From assembly GCA_027022365.1 (NCBI GenBank), contig JALVYU010000026.1, forward strand, positions 96,001 to 160,000: a stretch of DNA of 64,000 nucleotides. Direction: 5' to 3'. Source of the stretch: Desulfurococcales archaeon (GTDB lineage: Archaea > Thermoproteota > Thermoprotei_A > Sulfolobales > Desulfurococcaceae). This document shows positions 37,450 through 46,947 of the stretch, piece by piece; position 1 is the first letter of the stretch, and each line of letters begins with the position of its first letter. Made by a program: the position numbers and the translations under genes. The notes beneath the pieces are model-generated. The model was not told where the DNA came from and ran no database searches. It saw nothing but the letters and a program-made list of their open reading frames with translations.

Positions 37450-37700
37450 TAGTAGGGTTTTAGCTCGCTTCCGCAGAATGGGCATTTATAGTGTACGTTT
37501 CTTGCATGAGCTGCACAGAAATATGCTTCTCGACCAGCTTTTAAGCACTTCGGACAGTAGTATACGTCCCCGGTATCAACCGCTTTGAAGAGGTCTAGAT
37601 CTCTGTGGCAGATCACGCATTTGACGGTGGTCCATCCCTTATGTCCTGCCTTGTTGACGCCTTTTAGCAATCCGATCGTCATATTCTTTTCACCCAACAT
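37446..37700 (-). CDS. Small Zn-finger protein
   Basis: CVIC, CPKC, CAAH, CPFC. Confidence 0.75.
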   Translation of the reverse strand: MLGEKNMTIGLLKGVNKAGHKGWTTVKCVICHRDLDLFKAVDTGDVYYCPKCLKAGREAYFCAAHARNVHYKCPFCGSELKPYY

Positions 37701-37761
37701 ATAATACTATACTCGAACTGTAGGATAGGGGAATATTTCCCTAATAACATTTATCTCGGCG

Positions 37762-38499
37762 ATGACAATGAAAATAGCTGCGACAGCAGATATCCATAGC
37801 CCTAAGTACTTGGCCCTGTTTATAAGATCACTTAGGAAACTTAAAGAAAAACCATCTCTCTTCATCCTAGCCGGGGATCTTGTCTACAAGAATAGAATCG
37901 AGATGCTGAAACCTGTTGTAGACGCCATACACAGGATGCTCGGAAACATAACAATTATCAGCGTATTTGGTAATGAGGAGTTCAGAGATCATGAAGAAGA
38001 ATATGTGAAGAAATACCCTGAGATTACCTGGCTTAATGACAACTACACAGTGGTTCAAGCGGATGATTTAAAAATAGGATTCATAGGCACAAGAGGAGCG
38101 CTCGACAAGCCAACTACATGGCAGCTCAAAAACATACCTGGAATTAAGAGATACTACGACACATTGCCCGATAAGATAGCGGAGATAGCCTCAACCCTCA
38201 AGAACCGCGTAGACAGGGTGGTCCTCGTAAGCCATTATGGTGTAACTTATCGAAACCTAAAAGGAGAACCAAGACATGTATGGCCACACTTAGCCTCTAC
38301 AAAATTCGAGAGGCTGATCGAGAAAGGATTGTTTGACATTGTTATCCATGGCCATGCACACAATGGATTGATCGAGAAAATAACTATTGGTGAAACACCG
38401 GTATACAATGTATCTCTCCCGGCGAGAAAAAAGATCGTAATGATAGATATAGATCAATATACCCCGCAAGGCCTAGAGAGATGGATATTTAGACGCTGA
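37762..38499 (+). CDS. Metallophosphoesterase
   Basis: DIH, AGDL, GNEE, SHY, HGHAH. Confidence 0.9.
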   Translation: MTMKIAATADIHSPKYLALFIRSLRKLKEKPSLFILAGDLVYKNRIEMLKPVVDAIHRMLGNITIISVFGNEEFRDHEEEYVKKYPEITWLNDNYTVVQADDLKIGFIGTRGALDKPTTWQLKNIPGIKRYYDTLPDKIAEIASTLKNRVDRVVLVSHYGVTYRNLKGEPRHVWPHLASTKFERLIEKGLFDIVIHGHAHNGLIEKITIGETPVYNVSLPARKKIVMIDIDQYTPQGLERWIFRR

Positions 38500-38547
38500 G
38501 CACAATGAAATAGTATGCTAGAACATGCTTGTCCACGGTGTTAGTTA

Positions 38548-39342
38548 TTGGCAGGCATTCCGATCTGGCAGAGCGCTCCACATAGGAGACCAGTAGTCAC
38601 GCTCACAATAATCGCTTTAAATTTCATAATATTCATACTCATGTATGTTGATCCATCCCTCCTCGTCAACGGTGCCAAAACCTATTTTGATGTACAACGT
38701 GCTCTGGCAATGGTGCCCCTAGATATAGTGATGGGGCGCCGCCTATGGACTATATTCACCGCAATGTTTCTTCACGCCAACCTTATCCACATTCTCGGTA
38801 ACATGATATTCCTGTTTTTCTTCGGCGCTCCCGTAGAGAGCGTTATGGGTAAGAAGAGATACATCGTATTCTATTTTCTATGCGGTGTTCTAGCAGCATT
38901 TTTCCATATATTTAGTATCGCTATAACGCCCCAGGAAACACTGGCTGGCTCTTATTCAGGTATTAACCCCTGGATAGTGCCTACTCTGGGGGCCTCCGGC
39001 GCTATCAGCGGCGTTATGGGTGCTTACCTGGTATTCTATCCTAGATCGAAGATAACAATGGTTTACCCGATATGGTTTATACCATTGATATTCACGCTGC
39101 CGGCATGGGCTTATATAATCATGTGGTTCATATTCCAGTTGGTCATGGGAGTATATGTATTGATAGGATTTGCGTCCTCGGTAGCGTTTTGGGCTCATAT
39201 AGGAGGATTCCTCTCAGGCATAGCTTTCGCCCCGTTCTTCATGGATCCAAGGATTAAAGCACAGATAAAGGTATTTAGGAGCCTAGAAAAGCACATAGGA
39301 GAACCCATGAGCGAACTATACTATGACGACTTCATCTACTAA
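38548..39342 (+). CDS. Rhomboid intramembrane protease
   Basis: MFLH...HILGNM, GASGAISG, AHIGGF. Confidence 0.95.
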   Translation: MAGIPIWQSAPHRRPVVTLTIIALNFIIFILMYVDPSLLVNGAKTYFDVQRALAMVPLDIVMGRRLWTIFTAMFLHANLIHILGNMIFLFFFGAPVESVMGKKRYIVFYFLCGVLAAFFHIFSIAITPQETLAGSYSGINPWIVPTLGASGAISGVMGAYLVFYPRSKITMVYPIWFIPLIFTLPAWAYIIMWFIFQLVMGVYVLIGFASSVAFWAHIGGFLSGIAFAPFFMDPRIKAQIKVFRSLEKHIGEPMSELYYDDFIY

Positions 39343-39347
39343 GAGCC

Positions 39348-40232
39348 TCATGGTCTTAGCCCCTCATATATTGCGAGGCTCGTTATTATCGCCACCAACC
39401 CGATATACTCTCTGAACAAGCGTTTCTCCTTCCTAAGCCGTAAATCTATGTTGAACAGCATCTTGCTTCCTTCTCTAGAAGTCATCAGTCCATTGTTTCT
39501 CGCTTCCTCGACCATTTTTTCAGCCCAGCTTGGAAGTCTCTTTTCTATTAGATCCAAGTATGTGGCGACGACTGCGGATTCTGGATCGCTATACTTCCTA
39601 TTATATTCAATTAGTCGTTTAACGTGGTCGAATAACTCAGTATATCTTGTGTCTAGCGACATGAAACCAGGCCATTTGCTCCCAAGAACTCTGAAGACGT
39701 CCTCAAGAGTCATGCCGCTCTCCAGCGCGTGCACATGGTCTATGCCCGACGTCCTGAGATGATCGACCATATCGTATCTATGAATGCTTCTAAGAGCATC
39801 TATGAACACCTTTATATCTCTCCAACCGGTGCCGTGGAGGAATATGTTCAGCGTTCTACGTATCTTCCCCGAATCCTTAACAATACTGTCTACGTCCGTG
39901 TATGCTAGCACGGAGGCATAGATTAGGTGGGGGACAATGATGTCTGGGAACACATGGTCGGGAATCCACCTATATGCTTCTCTCAGCGCTTTCCCTAATA
40001 GTGTTCCCCAGGAGGCGTGGGGGGCTGCTAGTTCTCCTCGCCTTATCTTCTCACCGATCATGCTTGCTTGGTCTAAGTAGTCGATCACTGATACAAGCGA
40101 TGATACCAGATACCTTGCGTCCTTATCGAGGCTTAGCCTATGATAACATCCAGGCTTTATCGACGAGTAGACGGCGAGATGTACGCCCTCCATAAAGGAT
40201 TTTACAATGAAGGTGTTCAAAGTTTTTAACAC
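39348..40232 (-). CDS. CitG-like (triphosphoribosyl-dephospho-CoA synthase-like) protein, divergent
   Basis: N-terminal KPGCYHR resembles the CitG KPGxV.R motif; helical C-terminus. Confidence 0.5.
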   Translation of the reverse strand: MLKTLNTFIVKSFMEGVHLAVYSSIKPGCYHRLSLDKDARYLVSSLVSVIDYLDQASMIGEKIRRGELAAPHASWGTLLGKALREAYRWIPDHVFPDIIVPHLIYASVLAYTDVDSIVKDSGKIRRTLNIFLHGTGWRDIKVFIDALRSIHRYDMVDHLRTSGIDHVHALESGMTLEDVFRVLGSKWPGFMSLDTRYTELFDHVKRLIEYNRKYSDPESAVVATYLDLIEKRLPSWAEKMVEEARNNGLMTSREGSKMLFNIDLRLRKEKRLFREYIGLVAIITSLAIYEGLRP

Positions 40233-40264
40233 CCGCTCAAAGATTATAAGCTGTTAGGCGAATC

Positions 40265-40897
40265 ATGATAGTTGCTGGTTGTTCTATATTGAGACACAGT
40301 GTTATAGGTATTATTGTTGCCGCTGTGTATTGGCTAGCCATATTTTCGTCGCTGTTAGTCCTAACTGATCATTTAACTGCTTTGTTTGAAAGCAGTATTG
40401 TTGTCGCAACTCTTTATTTTGGCTCCAAAATAGTGGTCAGATTATCTAGCCATATCTTCATTAATGTTGGGGGCTTCTTTGTGCCTATGATTATTTCCGC
40501 CGAAATGCTTGCCAGGACATATAATATTGTAGCATTATATCCGCAAGTGCTTGTTGTACCTGTTTTCATAAATATAGTCGTCGCATATCTTTCATCCTAT
40601 GTCGTTGTAGGTCACGGCGTCATAGTGCGTTTTCTGCCGCCTATAATAGGTGTTTCGTCAGCTACAGCGCTTGTACTGTCCATGTATAATATCTCGCCAT
40701 ATTATTCACTGCCGCTATCAATAGTCGTGGGATACGTCTCGACCTTGCTTGGGGCAGATATTCTCGGTTATAGGAGTTCAAGAGAAAAGCTTGTCTTCGG
40801 CGGAGGAGGGTTTTATGACGCATTAGTAGTAATTCCTTTGTTCTCGCCCGGGATCTCGTATGGTCTCACTATTTTGAGCCTGCTCGTGATGAAGTAA
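40265..40897 (+). CDS. DUF1614-like membrane protein
   Basis: INVGG..VP, TLLGADIL, FGGGGFYDA. Confidence 0.75.
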   Translation: MIVAGCSILRHSVIGIIVAAVYWLAIFSSLLVLTDHLTALFESSIVVATLYFGSKIVVRLSSHIFINVGGFFVPMIISAEMLARTYNIVALYPQVLVVPVFINIVVAYLSSYVVVGHGVIVRFLPPIIGVSSATALVLSMYNISPYYSLPLSIVVGYVSTLLGADILGYRSSREKLVFGGGGFYDALVVIPLFSPGISYGLTILSLLVMK

Positions 40898-40902
40898 CAC
40901 AT

Positions 40903-40967
40903 GGATCAGGGTGAGAGCTCCTCTTCACGAGTATAAGCTGATCCGATGGTTTGCTATTCATCATCTC
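40903..40967 (-). ncRNA. C/D box sRNA candidate
   Basis: C ATGATGA (40964-40958), 12-nt guide, D' CGGA, C' GTGAAGA, 12-nt guide, D CTGA (40909-40906). Confidence 0.7.
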
Positions 40968-41851
40968 CTAGTCTTCTCTACTAGGTAGGAGATAATAGAT
41001 TTAGCCGGATCGATCCCGGTTGCTTCTCTTAGGCCACGCCATAACGGGAAAGCATTTGCTTCTACCACATAGTGTTTCCCGGTATTCTTATCGATTATTA
41101 TGTCGACGCCTGTATAGTCTAGGCCAAGAACCTCGGCTGTTTTGATCGCCGTCTCGAATTCATCGGGGTAGTCTTTCTCGGAAACCCTTACTCCTCGTGC
41201 ACCCTGAGCTATATTTGTTTTCCAGCCACTACTTACAACTCTCTTCATTGCCCCTATGACTTTCCCCCCTACAATAAATATCCTCAGATCATAGCCTGGC
41301 TTCTCAATATATTCTTGGAGATAGCTTGGTAGACGCAGTGATAACAGGCTCCTCGATATATGATAGGCTAGATCAGGATCCGGTATAAGTGTGGAGCCCA
41401 GGCCTAGGCTCCCTATTAGGGGTTTAAATACGGCTTTACCATGTTTATCCACGAAATCCTTCGCAATATATGGGTTCTCGGTCATTATAGTTGTCGGGAC
41501 AGGGATTCCGTTGAAGGCTAGTCTTAGTAGGCTACGCCACTTATCTCTCGTGTCAATGATCGCTCTCGAGGAATTGATTATACATATATTATGTTCCAAT
41601 GCCTCGATAATGCCCAGCCTCTTAAAGAATAGCTCTAAGCTAGGCGTTAGTCCTAGGCTTCTTACCACTGCAGCGTCTACTTCTACATTGTTTCTTCTGC
41701 TGTAGACCCGTATTTCGCCCCTATCGATCTCGGCATCTAGCTCCTGTATCTTCATGTATACTGGTGTATGGCCAAGCCCGCTGGTCGCCCTTATGAGGTC
41801 TTGTGCGCTCCAAGGAGGCGTGGATCGGTAGTGGATAATGCCTATTTTCAT
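40961..41851 (-). CDS. RimK-family ATP-grasp ligase
   Basis: KPLIGSLG, YLQEYI, DLRIF, WKTNIAQGA, GVD, EAN. Confidence 0.92.
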   Translation of the reverse strand: MKIGIIHYRSTPPWSAQDLIRATSGLGHTPVYMKIQELDAEIDRGEIRVYSRRNNVEVDAAVVRSLGLTPSLELFFKRLGIIEALEHNICIINSSRAIIDTRDKWRSLLRLAFNGIPVPTTIMTENPYIAKDFVDKHGKAVFKPLIGSLGLGSTLIPDPDLAYHISRSLLSLRLPSYLQEYIEKPGYDLRIFIVGGKVIGAMKRVVSSGWKTNIAQGARGVRVSEKDYPDEFETAIKTAEVLGLDYTGVDIIIDKNTGKHYVVEANAFPLWRGLREATGIDPAKSIISYLVEKTRR

Positions 41852-41864
41852 AAGATGATGTACC

Positions 41865-42212
41865 TCAGATCCTTGATAACTTCGTCACAGTAAACAATAT
41901 TATGATTGATACAACCGTCATTGTTACCGTGTAGAATGCGGATCCTAGTGCAGGATTGATTACCGTACCGGTGATCGCGCCAAGGGACATAGAGAGCAGT
42001 ACGAATGTCAGGAGAGCAATACCTTCACGCTCGCTTCTGTGCTCCTTGGTATAGTATGCGTGGTAGAGTAGGGTTATCGCGGCTATTACTGTGCATGCTA
42101 TAATTGTCTCGAGCTTAAACGTCATGGTGAGATACAGAAGATCAATATAGAGGATTATGAATGTTAGAATCAAGAATTTCCGGGAGTATGAAAGACGTTC
42201 GAGGATACCCAT
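41865..42212 (-). CDS. Membrane protein (4 TM)
   Basis: Hydrophobic ORF in operon. Confidence 0.7.
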   Translation of the reverse strand: MGILERLSYSRKFLILTFIILYIDLLYLTMTFKLETIIACTVIAAITLLYHAYYTKEHRSEREGIALLTFVLLSMSLGAITGTVINPALGSAFYTVTMTVVSIIILFTVTKLSRI

Positions 42213-42244
42213 TAGTGCTCACTTCTCTTCCCAGTTATCCGTGT

Positions 42245-43147
42245 TCACCGTTTTCTGGCTATATATAATCCAATTATTGAGGCATAAATATTGGTTTCTA
42301 GAGGATCTGTGTTGAACACTATCTGGTGTATTTTCGCCCTCATAAGCCTTAATTTGAAGATCTTTTCCTTCATATAGTGTTCCTCGACGGTAGATGATAT
42401 AATGAGAACATCGCCGGGGCCCGCGACGTATTCTAGGGGCTCATATCTTGATTTAATACCTCTACGTCTCAGCGCCTCTGAGATCAGGTATGCGGATGGC
42501 TCCAGTATCTTTGGTGACGTTACAATGATGTCCTCGGTACTGGCGACACTATCTATTACGTTGCTGTATTTTTCGATTAACTCTGCAGTCACTGGGTGGA
42601 ATCCTTCCTTCATATGTGTATCCAGACGCTCATGTCTTCGTCCAAGCCCCTTATAGATCTTTATCCCTGTGTTGAACGCCGCTATCCCCATGGTGATGGA
42701 AGTTTCTATCTCATCTTGTAGGTCGACGTATATTTTATCGTACGGGGCCAACATATCCGCTAGTATGTCGTTCTGCGGCCTCGTTGATATCATTAATATT
42801 TTGTTGCCCATGAGTCTCGCTGCTTGTAATATGTTGAGCGTTATATTTGATCCCGGATCAGTGGTGAAGAAAACTATTGTTGAAGGCTCAGTATATGCTG
42901 CGACATAGTATGAGTAGCTCATTGCATCTAGAAGACGGACATCGTTTTCCGGCGTCATTGTCGATATTATCCAGTAGAGTATGTTGGCTGGAAGATATCC
43001 TAGGCGTGAATAAACAATGTATAATCTGCCTCTCGAGGACTCGAGATACTGATTAAGATTATTTGAGATCTTCTTCGCAATATCTTCTAGGGCTTGGACC
43101 CTATTCGCCAGCAGCCTTATATCACTGCGTTCTCCAGTGCTCTGCAA
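42245..43147 (-). CDS. Hypothetical protein, degenerate SIS-domain-like
   Basis: 300-aa alpha/beta ORF with a double SIS-like layout; catalytic motifs not evident. Confidence 0.55.
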   Translation of the reverse strand: MQSTGERSDIRLLANRVQALEDIAKKISNNLNQYLESSRGRLYIVYSRLGYLPANILYWIISTMTPENDVRLLDAMSYSYYVAAYTEPSTIVFFTTDPGSNITLNILQAARLMGNKILMISTRPQNDILADMLAPYDKIYVDLQDEIETSITMGIAAFNTGIKIYKGLGRRHERLDTHMKEGFHPVTAELIEKYSNVIDSVASTEDIIVTSPKILEPSAYLISEALRRRGIKSRYEPLEYVAGPGDVLIISSTVEEHYMKEKIFKLRLMRAKIHQIVFNTDPLETNIYASIIGLYIARKR

Positions 43148-43938
43148 CAGCTACAATACCTCTCGTCCGGGTTTTCGGGTATCTTCTCAATTATCTTCGG
43201 CAACAGTCTTTTAGCCTTCTCTGTATTCTCCCTCATCACCCTTAGCACCTCATCCGCCGTAACGGGTTTCTCTGCCCATACATCATAGTCTGTTATCATA
43301 GCAACGGTGGCGTAGCATAGCTCTGCCTCACATGCAAGGACGACCTCTGGGACGAGTGTCATACCTATTATGTCGGCTTGGAACACGTTCTTCCATATAT
43401 TGCTCTCCGCCCTCGTGGAGAACCTTGGGCCCTCGATACAGATATATGTGCCTCTCTCATGGAGCCTTATTTCAGGGACGTCTTTAGCCGCCTCGATTAT
43501 TATTCTCCTGAGATGCTCGCAGAACGGGTCAGCCATACTTACATGTGCGACCACTCCGCCCTCGAAGAACGTCATTGGCCTCGCTCCCTTGGTCATGTCT
43601 ATAAATTGATCCGGCACTACGAAGTCTCCGGGCCTATAATCTTCCCTCAAGCTCCCGACGGCTGAGAATGATATAATCCATTTGGCGCCCAGTGCTTTGA
43701 GCGCCCATATATTCGCTCTATAATTGACGCGGTGGGGTGGTATTCGGTGTCCTCGGCCATGCCTTGGGAGGAACGCTATTTTCCGGCTCCTTAACCGCCC
43801 GATCACTATTTTGTCGCTGGGCTCACCGTACGGGGTGTATACTTTTATCTCGTCGATCTTCTCTAGCCCATCAATGCTGTAAAGCCCGCTACCACCAATA
43901 ACGCCTATTTCGACCCGTGTTTTGGGCCTGATCAGCAC
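43117..43938 (-). CDS. mtnP: 5'-methylthioadenosine phosphorylase
   Basis: [32 protein letters not shown]. Confidence 0.95.
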   Translation of the reverse strand: MLIRPKTRVEIGVIGGSGLYSIDGLEKIDEIKVYTPYGEPSDKIVIGRLRSRKIAFLPRHGRGHRIPPHRVNYRANIWALKALGAKWIISFSAVGSLREDYRPGDFVVPDQFIDMTKGARPMTFFEGGVVAHVSMADPFCEHLRRIIIEAAKDVPEIRLHERGTYICIEGPRFSTRAESNIWKNVFQADIIGMTLVPEVVLACEAELCYATVAMITDYDVWAEKPVTADEVLRVMRENTEKAKRLLPKIIEKIPENPDERYCSCCRALENAVI

Positions 43939-43958
43939 TCTATCCTACCCCGCACGTA

Positions 43959-44669
43959 TTAGGCGTTGAGCACGTATTTTCTCGTGGATTCATCGTATTT
44001 AATGAGGCCCTTCTCTTCAAGTATTCTTAGTGCATCGCGATAGTATCGTTCACCAACATCTATACCGTACCACTCCTTGAACCCGTTAATGATCTCCTGA
44101 TAAGTCCACTCCTTCTTCCCTGACTCCTTGTATGTCTCGAGCATCATTCGTTTAATGAACTGGTATGTGTCCTCTAGCCTTGTCCATGGGTATTGGAACC
44201 AGATCCACTCCTTGACCTCGATGTAGTAGTAGTCTGGTTTAAACCTGGCTACAGAGCTGATCCACTGGAGAGCTGCTGTGCGTGTCTCTGCAGGATTCCA
44301 GTTCTCCTCTACGAACTTCTTGGCGAGGCTGAGAGTATCACCAGTGTCAACGATATCGTCAACAAGCAGGGCCTTCATACTACTGAGATCTATCTTGTAC
44401 GGGAACTTGATGATAGCTCTCTCTTCTGCTTTAGCAGCCTCTGTCCAGTGCTGGCTCTGAATACTTAGTAGATTCTCAATATCAAGAAAATCACATATCA
44501 GCCTCGCCGGTACATAACCGCCGCGAGCAAGAGCCACAACAACATCGGGCTTATAGCCGGAAGAACGGATCTTATCTGCAAGACCCCAAGCCCAATCAAC
44601 AATATCCTCCCAAGACACAAGCCTAACATTAACGCGAGGCATAAAGCCCATCACCATAACAATAAACAA
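43959..44669 (-). CDS. Purine phosphoribosyltransferase
   Basis: ARGG, LLVDDIVDTGDT, WFQYPW. Confidence 0.9.
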   Translation of the reverse strand: MFIVMVMGFMPRVNVRLVSWEDIVDWAWGLADKIRSSGYKPDVVVALARGGYVPARLICDFLDIENLLSIQSQHWTEAAKAEERAIIKFPYKIDLSSMKALLVDDIVDTGDTLSLAKKFVEENWNPAETRTAALQWISSVARFKPDYYYIEVKEWIWFQYPWTRLEDTYQFIKRMMLETYKESGKKEWTYQEIINGFKEWYGIDVGERYYRDALRILEEKGLIKYDESTRKYVLNA

Positions 44670-44744
44670 GAAATATAAGATATAAGCTTTAACAAAAACC
44701 CAAAACCCATTAAAACCCCTCCAATAACTATCCCAATAATGGAT

Positions 44745-44832
44745 GCGGGGGTGCCCGAGCTAGGTCAAAGGGGTCGGGCTTAGGACCCGATGGCGTAGGC
44801 CTGCGTGGGTTCAAATCCCACCCCCCGCACCA
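44745..44832 (+). tRNA. tRNA-Leu(TAG)
   Basis: GCGGGGGTGCCCGAGCTAGGTCAAAGGGGTCGGGCT-TAG-GACCCGA...GCACCA. Confidence 0.97.
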
Positions 44833-44955
44833 CTCTCCTAGAGATTTTCCTCAAAGAAGCAGATAACAGCTTCTTCGACAATACACTTGGTTATTTATTC
44901 ATCTCAACCTATCAACTTATTTCTCAAATTGAGGTCTCGGGGGAGCAGGAGAGGA

Positions 44956-45319
44956 CTTTTCAGTTTTCTTGTTTGTAACATGTAGACACCCACGATCCTG
45001 TTTACCGATACATATCTTGTAATATTGATCTTTCAGTTCTATCTGTCTGTTTGTAACAAGTTCTTGATGCTGGAGCCGTTCACGCTACTACAGCTACCCT
45101 TCATGGTGATAGCAATGTATGCGAGCTACGCCGTGGATCCCGATACGCTTTCAGTTCTATCTGTTTGTAACCTGATAACACTTGTAAGCGTGAACGCACC
45201 CGCAACACTACGCCCACCACTCTTTCAGTTCTATCTGTTTGTAACTGAGCCAGCACCACTATCTGTGTTGGTGTTACGAATACATCCCAGATAATCTTTC
45301 AGTTCTATCTGTTTGTAAC
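44956..45319 (-). CRISPR. Orphan CRISPR mini-array, 5 repeats / 4 spacers
   Basis: 24-nt repeat CTTTCAGTTCTATCTGTTTGTAAC exact at 45148, 45222 and 45296; with a 4-nt duplication at 45030; degenerate at 44956. Spacers are 50, 90, 50 and 50 nt. AT-rich leader on the right implies minus-strand transcription (repeat ends GAAAG). Confidence 0.92.
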
Positions 45320-45526
45320 CGTTTTTGTTTGTTTATTTGGTTGTTTTAATATTTTATGTTTTGCTCTGGGTGCCTCCCCCAACGATCCACTGGCCCGATG
45401 AGAGCATCCATAAACTGGTTGGTATAGATCAGCGATAAAGTGTTAAGCATAGGCTAACACAGTGTAAGATTAAGTGTATTTTTTCTGATGCCGAACAATC
45501 TCATGTTAACCCTACTCAAAGATAAG

Positions 45527-46124
45527 TTCCGCTACTGATAATGATGATGATAAGAAAATACTGCTCGAAATAGAGTTCCCAGTCCTTTTAGAGAAGATTA
45601 AGATCCCTTTTGAGAGGCTGCCCGGGCTCCTTAAACTTTTAGGAGAAACAGGGGAAAACCCTGAGTTTTTAATGAAAGAGCCTGAAAACCCCGAGCCATA
45701 TTAAAAGGAGATACCAGATATTAAGGTAGGCATCCAGCACTGGAGGGGCAGACACGTACGGCTTTATAGAGCACCAAGTAATCCCTGGATAGATATTGTT
45801 AGCAAGGTCTCAGGACTGGAGTTCAGCGGTGATGGTAAAAGGGTTTACTGCTCCAAGCATGGCTGGGTAAACTACATAGTTACCTCGGACGGACGCATAC
45901 TATGTGGCTACGACTACCATACACTATTTGACCCCAACAAGCCAAAGACCTACCCACCAAGTGAGATAAAGAAAATGAAGAAGGAACTCCAAGAAACAAT
46001 GAACGAGATAGAGGAGCTAAGAGATAAGGCTTCTATGTCTATCGAGTCGTCGCCTATGAGGGATATTAATGGTAGGGAGGAGGGTGTTGATGAAGAAGAG
46101 GGAGAAGACTATGAAGAGGAGTAA
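45527..46124 (+). pseudogene. Interrupted gene with Zn-ribbon and acidic tail
   Basis: One long frame broken by TAA at 45702-45704; YCSKHGW...LCGYDYH, coiled coil, EEEGEDYEEE*; 5' end unclear. Confidence 0.6.
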
Positions 46125-46619
46125 TGGTGAAAGAGAAGGGAAAAAGAGGAAAATATACATTCCACGCTCAACAACATTCTATAAGGCTATTAGTGTCCTT
46201 AAGACACTTTTCCCTAAGGACGACTTCACGTATTGAAGCCTGAAGCATTCAACACTATCATTGAACACTTAAAGTGGGAGCTACGCTTGCACGGGTTTAT
46301 TAGTTCGGCGGCTTCTCTATTCTATGATATAATAATGGATCATCCCCTAGTCGATGGGAATAAGAGATCGGCAGTATTGATGCTTAATGCCTATCTATTC
46401 AGGAACGGGTATAGTCTTAGGGGGATTGAGGAATTGTATGAATTAGCTATAAAGGTTGCTGAGAAGAAAATAGGTAAAAACAGGTGTATTGGAATGGCTA
46501 AGGAAAAGAGTCGTGGAAAGAAAATGACATGGGAAGAAGCAATTAGAGAAGCTGCTGAAAAAACCTACCCAATACTTGTAAAGCTGAGGGAATATGACCT
46601 AAAACATGAAAGGTGCTAG
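46124..46619 (+). pseudogene. Frameshifted Fic/Doc toxin fused to a 31-aa putative antitoxin ORF
   Basis: HPLVDGNKR Fic motif; 5' part (KIYIP...FPKDDFT) and natural 3' end (VLEWLRKRVVERK*) lie in other frames; ATG 46524 starts MTWEEAIREAAEKTYPILVKLREYD. Confidence 0.65.
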
Positions 46620-46947
46620 GGCCTCGTGCTCTGTAAAAATCTACCTAGTACCTTCACGTATTGTGGATAGTATTTATCGGCTGGGACGCTTAGTTTTAGG
46701 TAGTGTTAGGAGAGGATTTCCTAGGCAAGTACTCTAGGTAATTGTTAAGTAATTGATATATCACAAACAATGCTTTTTAAGCTGTGATCTTATCCGAACT
46801 CTATCTATCTCTTATGTATAGCACGGATATCTCTAGTTTCTATAGTCGCCGCCTGGCATGTCAGTCTACGATCATATGATAGTATATAATATATATAGTA
46901 TATAATATGTATTGTCTACCTATATAGTTGGTGAGCCGGGTGTTTAG

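Noticed and set aside
40886-40941. Plus-strand C/D sRNA (GTGATGA...CTGA)
   Set aside because: Internal boxes are poor and the overlapping minus-strand candidate has a much better box and guide layout.
25337-44832. Near-identical tRNA-Leu sequences as attL/attR of an integrated element
   Set aside because: Both are complete tRNAs with different anticodons and the interval contains core genes such as valS and mtnP.
45025-45294. 89-aa ORF with repeated FQFYL
   Set aside because: Translation of CRISPR repeats and spacers.
45875-45883. GTAACTATG (minus) outside the island
   Set aside because: Inside a pseudogene and antisense, with no downstream start; consistent with chance. ATAACTATG near 27749 and 55237 was likewise dismissed.
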